Of a stretch of 64,000 nucleotides of DNA, positions 31,634 to 38,856 are shown piece after piece. The position numbers were made by a program, and so were the translations under genes. The notes under the pieces were generated by a model. The model made no database searches. It was not told the DNA's origin and saw nothing but the letters and a program-made list of their open reading frames with translations. Within the stretch, counting starts at the first letter, position 1, and every line of letters begins with the position of its first letter. The stretch comes from Gemmatimonadales bacterium (GTDB lineage: Bacteria; Gemmatimonadota; Gemmatimonadetes; Gemmatimonadales; GWC2-71-9), in assembly GCA_035602245.1 (NCBI GenBank), contig DATNMO010000020.1, positions 45,648 through 109,647 on the forward strand, read 5' to 3'.

Positions 31634-32062
31634 TTACTTTGACGGTATCAAATCGAACTTGCCGAACGTCTCCTGATAGAAGAGTGCCCCTTCTTTAGGG
31701 TCGCCGCCGCTCCAGTGTTTGTGGCCTCCCGGAATCCGGATGAAATCGCCTGGACCCACACGTTTGGCGCCGGCATCGTCCCTATAGAGGTATGCGCCTC
31801 GTAAGACCACCACCAAAACGTCAGCAGTGTGAGTGTGCAGGCCAGCGTCGAATCCGGGGCGGAACTTCGTAAAGCCTCCAAACGGCCCCGTGAGTGTATC
31901 TCCCCAGACCACAGAACTGGAGACGCCCGGAACCAGCGGCGCATACTTCGCCGAACGTGAACGGGCAAAGATTACGCCTGTGCCTCCCCTCTGCGCAAAG
32001 ACGACAGCCGTCGTCAACGCCAGAGCAACTGAGACTGCAGCGAGCGTCCAAGTGCGCTTCAT
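31634..32062 (-). CDS. Cassette gene: exported cupin-domain protein
   Basis: Signal peptide; cupin motifs LHTHTAD..VLRG and IPGGHKH; GGAGG RBS. Confidence 0.85.
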   Translation of the reverse strand: MKRTWTLAAVSVALALTTAVVFAQRGGTGVIFARSRSAKYAPLVPGVSSSVVWGDTLTGPFGGFTKFRPGFDAGLHTHTADVLVVVLRGAYLYRDDAGAKRVGPGDFIRIPGGHKHWSGGDPKEGALFYQETFGKFDLIPSK

Positions 32063-32096
32063 TTCGACCTCCGGTGTTTTGTTGCCTGGGATGATT

Positions 32097-32170
32097 GCCG
32101 AACAAGAATGAGCACAAATGGAATTCTACCCTAGAGGCCGGGCGCCGCCAGCTGCAGGCGCGTGTTAGAC
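32097..32170 (-). mobile_element. Truncated attC site
   Basis: Minus strand GTCTAAC-ACGCGCCTGCAGCTGGCGGCGCCCGG..AGAATTCCATTTGTGCTCATTCTTG-TTCGGC; near copy of 32575-32676 lacking the right arm. Confidence 0.8.
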
Positions 32171-32177
32171 AGCGGCC

Positions 32178-32555
32178 TCACCGAAAATGCTTCCAGTTCG
32201 CGCCAGCGAACAGGAGGGCCACAAACAGCAGGAGAGATCCGCGAACCGGCAGATGTTGAAGGACGGCAACGGCAGTCGGGATGGCCCAAGCCACAAGCAT
32301 CAGAAGGACGCCGATCCTCCGCTGTCGGCGAATCTGGACCGCTGCAACGCAGACGATTGCACCCGCAAGAACGTTCACTGCGATGAACAACAGCCCGGCC
32401 CCGGACGAAATCGCGGGGATACCGATGGCGAGGGCAGCAAGGATGGTGAGGACCCCAACGACCCAACACAGCGTCGAGGCTATTCGCACACCAGGCGGTA
32501 CCTGCGCCGACTGAGTTGACGGATTCGCTGGCTGAGAAGGAGCTGGAGTAGTCAT
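32178..32555 (-). CDS. Cassette gene: hypothetical 4-TM membrane protein
   Basis: Hydrophobic segments; GGAGG RBS just after the core site; flanked by attC sites. Confidence 0.75.
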   Translation of the reverse strand: MTTPAPSQPANPSTQSAQVPPGVRIASTLCWVVGVLTILAALAIGIPAISSGAGLLFIAVNVLAGAIVCVAAVQIRRQRRIGVLLMLVAWAIPTAVAVLQHLPVRGSLLLFVALLFAGANWKHFR

Positions 32556-32574
32556 GATGATGTCCTCCGCCGCT

Positions 32575-32676
32575 GCCTAACGGCGTGCGCCTAAGCTGCG
32601 GCGCCGAGCAAGAATGGGCACAAATGGAATTCTAACATAGACGCCGGGCGCCGTCAGCTTCAGGCGCGTGTTAGGC
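32575..32676 (-). mobile_element. Complete attC site (102 bp)
   Basis: Minus strand GCCTAAC-ACGC-GCCTGAAGCTG..CAGCTTAGGC-GCACGCC-GTTAGGC; imperfect palindrome with RYYYAAC/GTTRRRY ends and an unpaired base in the L box. Confidence 0.93.
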
Positions 32677-32696
32677 AGCAAGCCTCAACCCTTGGC

Positions 32697-33326
32697 CTAG
32701 TCGGCCACTCCAACGACGGTTCGAACGTAGCGACCATCTGTCAGCTGATCGAGCATGAAGGCGGCGACGTCCGCGCGCGAAATCCGCACGGTCCAGAGCC
32801 AATGACCCACGCGCGGCCCATGGCGGTACTGGCCGCGCTTCGGCCCATTGGTGAGAGCGCCCGGGCGCACGATCGTCCAGTCAAGCTCTGAGGCGCGAAT
32901 GACGGCCTCTTGGCGAATCTTGTCCCAGAAATACAGCGGCACGATGATGGGGCGGACGAACAGGGTGTAGTAGAGTCCCATTTGCCACCAAGCATCGGAG
33001 ATGCCGAGGGCAGTTTCGCAGACGAACCGGCCGACACCGTGGCGCCGCATCGATCCAATCAGATTTCGGGTGCCCTCAGAGAGAATGCGGGTGGGACGGA
33101 AGAACTGTTTGTGCCCGAGAGCAGACAACACGGCGTCCCGGCCGCGCACCGCACGGTCCAAGGACGAGGCGTCCAAGACGTTGCCCAGCACGGTGATCAG
33201 CCCGGGACGAGGCGCCGCCGACGGCTCCTTGCGGACCAAGGCGGTGACCCGATGACCGCGCTGGAGCGCCTGGGTCACGAGTTGCTGGCCAGTGCCGCCG
33301 GTCGCGCCAACGATCAAGAGATTCAC
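32697..33326 (-). CDS. Cassette gene: NAD(P)H-binding oxidoreductase (flavin reductase/BLVRB-like)
   Basis: LIVGATGGTG, DWTIVRPGAL, ISRADVAAFML. Confidence 0.9.
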   Translation of the reverse strand: MNLLIVGATGGTGQQLVTQALQRGHRVTALVRKEPSAAPRPGLITVLGNVLDASSLDRAVRGRDAVLSALGHKQFFRPTRILSEGTRNLIGSMRRHGVGRFVCETALGISDAWWQMGLYYTLFVRPIIVPLYFWDKIRQEAVIRASELDWTIVRPGALTNGPKRGQYRHGPRVGHWLWTVRISRADVAAFMLDQLTDGRYVRTVVGVAD

Positions 33327-33344
33327 AGAAAGGCTTGCTACCTG

Positions 33345-33806
33345 TTAGGCGGCGGGGCGGCTAAGCGCCAACCTGATTTGACTCAAGTGATGTTCATTAT
33401 GAGCGGCGGCGGCGTCGAATTCATCCCGCAACGTGCGCACGCCATCTACACTATGCACGAACTCAAGGTGGCCACTCCGCTCATAGTGCACGCCGGCATA
33501 ATAGATGATTGCGCTGCGAACCGATTCGTAGACATGCCGGGAGATATCGAGCGGCACCTGCGAATAATCGAGTCCCTTCGCCCAGGCATCCTGATCCATC
33601 ACCCATAGGACCGGACGAGGCTCACTGAGCACTCGACGGATGCGATCGAAGAAGACGGTCTCCTGATCGGAGAGGTGGTGGAGGATATAGCTGACTGACC
33701 ACTTGCCTGGCGCGTATGTTCGCGCGAGGTCGCGATGGTTGAGCGAGAAGCATTTCAGCGTCTCGTCTCGGGTCCGTTCAAGCTCTCGAATAAGTTGCGT
33801 GCTGAC
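33345..33806 (-). CDS. Cassette gene: DinB/YfiT-family protein; no canonical start codon
   Basis: Frame open from GTC 33806: TYAPGKWSVSYILHHLSDQE..RIRRVLSEP..DQDAWAKGLDY..HNEHHLSQI. In-frame TAG lies in the core site upstream. Confidence 0.7.
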   Translation of the reverse strand, partial: VSTQLIRELERTRDETLKCFSLNHRDLARTYAPGKWSVSYILHHLSDQETVFFDRIRRVLSEPRPVLWVMDQDAWAKGLDYSQVPLDISRHVYESVRSAIIYYAGVHYERSGHLEFVHSVDGVRTLRDEFDAAAAHNEHHLSQIRLALSRPAA

Positions 33807-33813
33807 TCCCGCC

Positions 33814-33906
33814 GCCTAACGGCGTGCGCTTAAGCTGCGGCGCGCTGAAGAAAGATTCATTCCTTTAATCTACGCGCGCGCCACCAGCTTCAGGCGCTTG
33901 TTAGGC
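33814..33906 (-). mobile_element. Complete attC site (93 bp)
   Basis: Minus strand GCCTAAC-AAGC-GCCTGAAGCTG..CAGCTTAAGC-GCACGCC-GTTAGGC. Confidence 0.93.
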
Positions 33907-33914
33907 AGCCTGCT

Positions 33915-34268
33915 CTATGATGAAGGAAACAGGGGCGCGATCGGTTGCGCGACTCCAGGACATTCGCCGCTCGCCCGTGCTCGGACCTCCAGAATCCGCT
34001 GCACCTCGAAGAAGCGCTGGCCGCCGTAGATGCTTCCCGAGTGTCCCTTGATCCCGCGGAGTCGGACAAACACCGGCTCGTTTGCCGTGGCAGTGGTGCG
34101 GTATCTCGCTTCGAGCGCCGAATCCTGGACTACGACAGTGATCTTCGAATCATCGCACGGAAAGAACGTCCCCGATCCGTCCCGATTGATATACAAGCCG
34201 CGGACTTCGGTCGGTCGGTGACAGGCGACCAGGACCACCGAAAGAACCAAAGCAGTGTGTAGACGCAT
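33915..34268 (-). CDS. Cassette gene: lipoprotein, NlpE C-terminal OB-fold-like
   Basis: Lipobox LVAC; GLYI..GTFFPC..ALEARY..EPVFVRLRG. Confidence 0.65.
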   Translation of the reverse strand: MRLHTALVLSVVLVACHRPTEVRGLYINRDGSGTFFPCDDSKITVVVQDSALEARYRTTATANEPVFVRLRGIKGHSGSIYGGQRFFEVQRILEVRARASGECPGVAQPIAPLFPSS

Positions 34269-34293
34269 GGGCTTGTTTAGGCCGCCGGTCGTC

Positions 34294-34752
34294 TTAGGGA
34301 CGTTCGACACGAACCCAGGTCCATTGCGCCGGGGCGTTTCCCCCGAGCTTCGTGCGAAGAGTGTCCCCCTTCAATCGTGCGACGACCGTGAATGGCGTTC
34401 CTGCCATGACCGCAGGATGCTTCGCGACACTCGGACTGAAGGTGATAGTTGAATCGCGTCGTTCGTAGGTTCCTGCATTCGCTGTAATGCGCAAAAAACT
34501 GAGGCCGAGTTGTTCATCGGTCGCGCTGTCGGAAGGTATCGCCCTAGGGGTAAAGCCTGTGACAAACGTCATCGAGTAGTGCCGCTTCGCAAAGATCAGC
34601 AGGCCCGGCTGGACATCACTCGTGTGATGTCCTCGATCTGCACCGCTATCGACGACCACTTCGATAGGCTTCCAGACGCCTCGGAGGGTTTGACCACAGA
34701 CTGGATTTGTACCTGCGGCAGTGAGCGCCAACAGCGCGATTGTTGATCTCAT
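34294..34752 (-). CDS. Cassette gene: exported lipocalin-like protein
   Basis: GAGGAGG RBS; signal peptide; LRGVWK..ANAGTYE..W.R. Confidence 0.7.
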   Translation of the reverse strand: MRSTIALLALTAAGTNPVCGQTLRGVWKPIEVVVDSGADRGHHTSDVQPGLLIFAKRHYSMTFVTGFTPRAIPSDSATDEQLGLSFLRITANAGTYERRDSTITFSPSVAKHPAVMAGTPFTVVARLKGDTLRTKLGGNAPAQWTWVRVERP

Positions 34753-34783
34753 CGATCCTCCTCGAGGTCTGAACAAACGGGCG

Positions 34784-34890
34784 GCCTAACGGGAATTCGA
34801 GATAACTGTTTTAGACGAATCGCAGTGCATGCTCCCCCGCCTAACCCTACGCTCCTAACACCCAGCCGACGTACGCCTCTTCGGCCTAAC
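34784..34890 (-). repeat. Cluster of GTTAGG core-like motifs at the array head (candidate attI or secondary-site remnant)
   Basis: Minus-strand GTTAGGC at 34884-90, 34839-45 and 34784-90, GTTAGGA at 34853-59, and CTAAAACAGTT at 34804-14. Confidence 0.5.
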
Positions 34891-35305
34891 CCTCCGGCGG
34901 CACCAAATAATCCTGCGCCCCGGCGATCCGCCAGCGCCCGCGACGCTTCACCCAGGTGTCGGTGAACCGATAACGCCGATCGAATGGACCACCCGGCCCG
35001 CGCCCCTGCACCACCAACCATCCTGTCACGAGCGCCGTCGTGCCAAACCGGTGTACGTGCATGTCCTCATTGCGCGCCGCCGTGACCGTGTCCGCTCCCG
35101 CGCCTACCTCGTGGAGCACCTCGGCACGCGTCATCGTGCGATCGTCCTCGGTATAGACGAATCCAGCGGCGAGCAAACGTTGAAACACCGCCGTGTCACG
35201 CCGCACCAACGCGCGCGCCCAATCGTCCTCCAGCCGCAGCAGCGTGCGAGCGTCCGCATCCTGTACGTTCGCGACGAGCAGCAATGCCACCAATAGCGTG
35301 TTCAT
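34886..35305 (-). CDS. DUF4440/NTF2-like exported protein
   Basis: LEDDWARALVRRD..RYRFTDTWVKRRGRWRI; strong RBS. Confidence 0.85.
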   Translation of the reverse strand: MNTLLVALLLVANVQDADARTLLRLEDDWARALVRRDTAVFQRLLAAGFVYTEDDRTMTRAEVLHEVGAGADTVTAARNEDMHVHRFGTTALVTGWLVVQGRGPGGPFDRRYRFTDTWVKRRGRWRIAGAQDYLVPPEG

Positions 35306-35328
35306 CGGGCCCTCCTTCGCCGCCCCCG

Positions 35329-36777
35329 TCAGGTATTCCGTCCCACCACCCACCTTGCCGCGGACCGCTGCATCAGCGCCTGACCGTGCCAACAACACAA
35401 CACCGGCGCCTCTCCCGGCACCTGCGCTGCCAACCGCGGGTGCGCGAACAAAATCACGAGCTCTGCCCCGGGGGCGAGCCGCGCAAGCTGCGCGAGCGAC
35501 CGCGGGCCCAAATCCGCCCTGCCCTTCCACGACCTGGGCTCCGCATACACGAGGACCACTCGGCTGACCCCGGGGCGACGCCCCGGGGTGAGCGAGACTC
35601 CCCCTCCCCGCAAAGCTCCGTGAAACACATCGCGCGGCGGAATGGTGTACGGTCCGCCCACGTCATCATCTACAATAGAGACACTGAGCGGCCCCGTCAG
35701 CCTCGGCGCCGTCCCACGCACGAGATGCACGGCCCGATCCGCCAAGCCATCCGCAAACCGTTGATGCTCGGCGAGCATGGCGTCGTCGAGCATCCCGAGA
35801 TCGCCGCGCCGCATGTCCCACTGCCGCAGCGCCGCCTCGTATCGCGCAATCGCCTCGGCGGCCCGGTCGGCGGGCACGGCGTCGAGGGCGCGCACCACCG
35901 CGGCCCAATCCGTCGGATACAGCAGCACGTCGCAGCCCGCGGTCACCGCCGCCGCCGCCGCGGGCCCCTCGCCCTGCGCCGCAGTCGCGCCCGCCATGAT
36001 AAAGGCATCCGTAACGACGAGGCCCTGAAATCCCAGCACGTCGCGGAGGTGCGCCAGGATCGGCCGCGAGAACGTCGCTGCGACGCCCGTCCCGTCCCAC
36101 GCCGGATACGCGACATGCGCCGGCATCACGCTGCCGACCCCGGCCACCACCGCGGCCGCGAATGGCGCGACATCCACGCGCTGCAGCTCCGCGGCGGCCG
36201 CGTCCACGACAGGGAGCCCCTCATGCGAGTCGGTCGTCGTGCGGCCGTGACCGGGGTAATGCTTGGCGCACGCCAGCACCCCGTGCTCCTGGCATCCCCG
36301 GATCCAGGCCGCCGCGTGCGCCCCCACGCGCTCCGCGTCGGCGCCAAACGACCGCGTCTGGACGATCGGGTTCCTCGGCTCGAGATCCAAATCGCACACG
36401 GGCGCGAACGTCCAGGTGAGCCCCACCGCGCGCGCCTCCGTGCCCGTGATCGAGCCCGCCGCGTAGGTCGCGTCCAAATCGTTCAGAAAGCCGAGCGCGG
36501 CCGGGGGCGGCAGCTCGGTGAGTCCCCGAAACTGCTGGCCGGGACCGCGCTCCAGGTCGGACGCGAACAGCAGCGGCCGCCCCGCCCCCCCCGCCCCCCC
36601 CGCCCGCTGCTTCAGGTCCCTCGTGAGCGCCCGCACCGCTTGGGCGGTGCCGCCAAACAAAATGAAGCCGCCCACGCCTTCATCGAGAGCGGCCGCGATC
36701 TTGTCCCGCTCATGCGCGAACGATCCGCCGCGCGACCGCAGCGCGGGACAGACGAGCCGCGCCCGCGGAGAACTCAT
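35329..36777 (-). CDS. nagZ: GH3 beta-N-acetylhexosaminidase
   Basis: ASDLERG, KHYPGHG..DSH, VVTDAF; in operon with anmK and murQ. Confidence 0.88.
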   Translation of the reverse strand: MSSPRARLVCPALRSRGGSFAHERDKIAAALDEGVGGFILFGGTAQAVRALTRDLKQRAGGAGGAGRPLLFASDLERGPGQQFRGLTELPPPAALGFLNDLDATYAAGSITGTEARAVGLTWTFAPVCDLDLEPRNPIVQTRSFGADAERVGAHAAAWIRGCQEHGVLACAKHYPGHGRTTTDSHEGLPVVDAAAAELQRVDVAPFAAAVVAGVGSVMPAHVAYPAWDGTGVAATFSRPILAHLRDVLGFQGLVVTDAFIMAGATAAQGEGPAAAAAVTAGCDVLLYPTDWAAVVRALDAVPADRAAEAIARYEAALRQWDMRRGDLGMLDDAMLAEHQRFADGLADRAVHLVRGTAPRLTGPLSVSIVDDDVGGPYTIPPRDVFHGALRGGGVSLTPGRRPGVSRVVLVYAEPRSWKGRADLGPRSLAQLARLAPGAELVILFAHPRLAAQVPGEAPVLCCWHGQALMQRSAARWVVGRNT

Positions 36778-37895
36778 GCCGGCGTGATGTGTCCGAGGAC
36801 GCGCGGCCCGCGGGCCCCGGTGGCCGCCGCGAGATTCCCCGGCCGTCCCAGCAGCGTCTGATATCCGAGAAACGCGAAGGCTACGGCCTCTTTGGCTTCG
36901 CCGTCGAAGAACAGCTCGTCGAACAGCACGAGGGGCTGGGGTTGCACACGCGCAGCGAGCCGCTCGATCAGGGCGGGGTTCCTGGCGCCGCCCCCCGACA
37001 TGACGATCTCTCCTCCCCCACTGGGGGGATTCGCGACCGCGCGAGCAATGGTCTCGGCCGTGAGCGCTGTCGCCGTCGCCACTGCGTCGTTGTCAGACCC
37101 GCCTGCCGAGCGCACACGCACGAGCAGCTTCTCGGCATACTCAATCCCGAAGCGCTCGCGGCCCGTGCTCTTGGGCGGCGCCTGCGCGAAGTACGGATCG
37201 GCGAGCAGCTCCTCGAGCAGCTTGGCGACCGGACGCCCGCGCCGCGCCCGCTCCCCATCCCGGTCGAATGTCGCCTCAGGATCCACGCGTCGCGTTACGG
37301 CGTCGATCACCGCCACCCCGGGGCCCGTGTCGAATGCGAAGGCCCCTGCGGTGACGCCGCGTTTTGGCACCCACGTGACGTTCGCCATGCCTCCGATGTT
37401 GAGGAGCCAGCGGCCCCGCTGTTCATGGCCGAACAGCATCACGTCCACCAGCGGCACGAGCGGCGCGCCCTGCCCCCCAGCCGCGACGTCGCGCGCGCGA
37501 AAGTCGCTCACGACTTGGACGCCGAGCCGTTCGGCCAGCACCGCCGCATCACCCAGCTGCAGAGTAGCGCGGCCCGGCTCGTGCCAGATGGTCTGGCCGT
37601 GGGAGGCGACGAACGACAGGTCACCGGGCTTCGTTTTGGAGGACGCAAGCAGGGAAAGTACGGCTGCGGCAAATCGCTCACCCAGCGCCACGTGCAGAAA
37701 CGCGAGCTCCTTGGGCGCGCCACGCGCCATCGCGTCGATGATGGCGCCGCGCTCAGCGGCGGTGTACGCCTCCTGGCGGAAGGCGACGAGCGTCGCCGCT
37801 GGCGCATCGGGGGGGGCGCTGAGACGCACGAGCGCGGTCGAGACGCCGTCCAGCGACGTGCCCGACATCACGCCGACGGCGAGCACGTCCGTCAC
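36774..37895 (-). CDS. anmK: Anhydro-N-acetylmuramic acid kinase
   Basis: GVMSGTSLDG, SHGQT, NIGGMAN, FDTGPG, KSTGRERF, EAVAFA. Confidence 0.96.
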   Translation of the reverse strand: MTDVLAVGVMSGTSLDGVSTALVRLSAPPDAPAATLVAFRQEAYTAAERGAIIDAMARGAPKELAFLHVALGERFAAAVLSLLASSKTKPGDLSFVASHGQTIWHEPGRATLQLGDAAVLAERLGVQVVSDFRARDVAAGGQGAPLVPLVDVMLFGHEQRGRWLLNIGGMANVTWVPKRGVTAGAFAFDTGPGVAVIDAVTRRVDPEATFDRDGERARRGRPVAKLLEELLADPYFAQAPPKSTGRERFGIEYAEKLLVRVRSAGGSDNDAVATATALTAETIARAVANPPSGGGEIVMSGGGARNPALIERLAARVQPQPLVLFDELFFDGEAKEAVAFAFLGYQTLLGRPGNLAAATGARGPRVLGHITPA

Positions 37896-38836
37896 GGGGA
37901 GGGGGCGGGACGCTGCGTCACGGGGGGCGGGTCGCCTGCCGCCGGGCGCACGAATCCGCCGGCCGCATCCAGCAGACGGCGCGCTTCGTCCTGATCCACG
38001 CCCCGCCGCACCATCACGATTGCGAGCTTGACGCTGCCGCCGGCGCGCTCGATGGCGGCGCGCGCCTCACCGCGGCTCACGCCGGCGCACTCCATCACGA
38101 TCCGCTCGCCCCGATCCTCCAGCTTTGCGCTCCACGCCATCAGGTCCACCATCATGTTCCCGTAGACCTTGCCCAACCGGATCATCGCGCCGGTGGTGAT
38201 GGTGTTGAGCACGAGCTTCGTCGCCGTGCCGGCCTTGAGCCGCGTCGAGCCGGTGAGGGCCTCAGGCCCGACGACCGGCACGACCACCACATCACACGTT
38301 TCGGCGAGGACTTGTGGAGGCGTCGCGCACGTCACGAGGCCCGTGGCGGCGCCCAGCGTCTGCGCGCGGGCGATGGCGGCGCGCACGTAGGGCGTCGTCC
38401 CACTCGCCGCGATACCGACCACGACATCCTTGTCCGTGACCGCCGCGGTGTCCATCGCCGCGGCGCCGGCATTCACGTCGTCTTCGGCGCCCTCGACGCT
38501 CTTCACCAGTGCACCGTATCCTCCGGCGATCACGCCGACGACCATCGCCGGCGGCGTCCCGAACGTGGGCGGGCATTCGGCGGCGTCGAGCACGCCCAGC
38601 CGCCCGGAGGTGCCCGCCCCGACGTAGACGAGGCGGCCGCCGCGGCGGAACGCCTCCACGACCAGGTCGATGGCACGGGCGATGCGCTCGTGCTCGCCGC
38701 GCACCGCCCCGGCCACGGTGGCGTCCTCGGCGTTCATCAGGTCCACGATCTCGACGCTCGAAGCGACGTCGATGCGCTCGGTGCGCGGGTTGCGTTGCTC
38801 GGTGGGACGGGGGTCGTGAAAGTCGCGGGTAGTCAT
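37892..38836 (-). CDS. murQ: N-acetylmuramic acid 6-phosphate etherase
   Basis: TEQRNP, GAGTSGRLGVLDAAECPPTFG, GSTRLKAGTATKLVLN. Confidence 0.96.
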   Translation of the reverse strand: MTTRDFHDPRPTEQRNPRTERIDVASSVEIVDLMNAEDATVAGAVRGEHERIARAIDLVVEAFRRGGRLVYVGAGTSGRLGVLDAAECPPTFGTPPAMVVGVIAGGYGALVKSVEGAEDDVNAGAAAMDTAAVTDKDVVVGIAASGTTPYVRAAIARAQTLGAATGLVTCATPPQVLAETCDVVVVPVVGPEALTGSTRLKAGTATKLVLNTITTGAMIRLGKVYGNMMVDLMAWSAKLEDRGERIVMECAGVSRGEARAAIERAGGSVKLAIVMVRRGVDQDEARRLLDAAGGFVRPAAGDPPPVTQRPAPSP

Positions 38837-38843
38837 GGCGGGA

Positions 38844-38853
38844 GATAATATTA
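38844..38853. promoter_or_regulatory. Palindromic AT core, candidate bidirectional -10 element for murQ and ggt
   Basis: TAATATTA at 38846-53 in a 20-bp gap; TATTAT (minus) 8 nt before the murQ ATG; TAATAT (plus) 5 nt before the ggt ATG. Confidence 0.55.
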
Positions 38854-38856
38854 CGA

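Larger units (their letters stand above)
28287..34790 (-). mobile_element. Integron gene-cassette array without integrase in window (CALIN), about 10 cassette-derived genes
   Basis: Two complete attC sites, several partial ones, co-oriented small ORFs, and matching core/inverse-core inverted repeats at cassette ends. Confidence 0.88.

Noticed and set aside
28287-34890. attC repeats read as a CRISPR array or REP elements
   Set aside because: The units are 90-100 bp imperfect palindromes separated by whole genes, not 25-45 bp repeats with short spacers. No cas genes are present, and the ends follow RYYYAAC/GTTRRRY.
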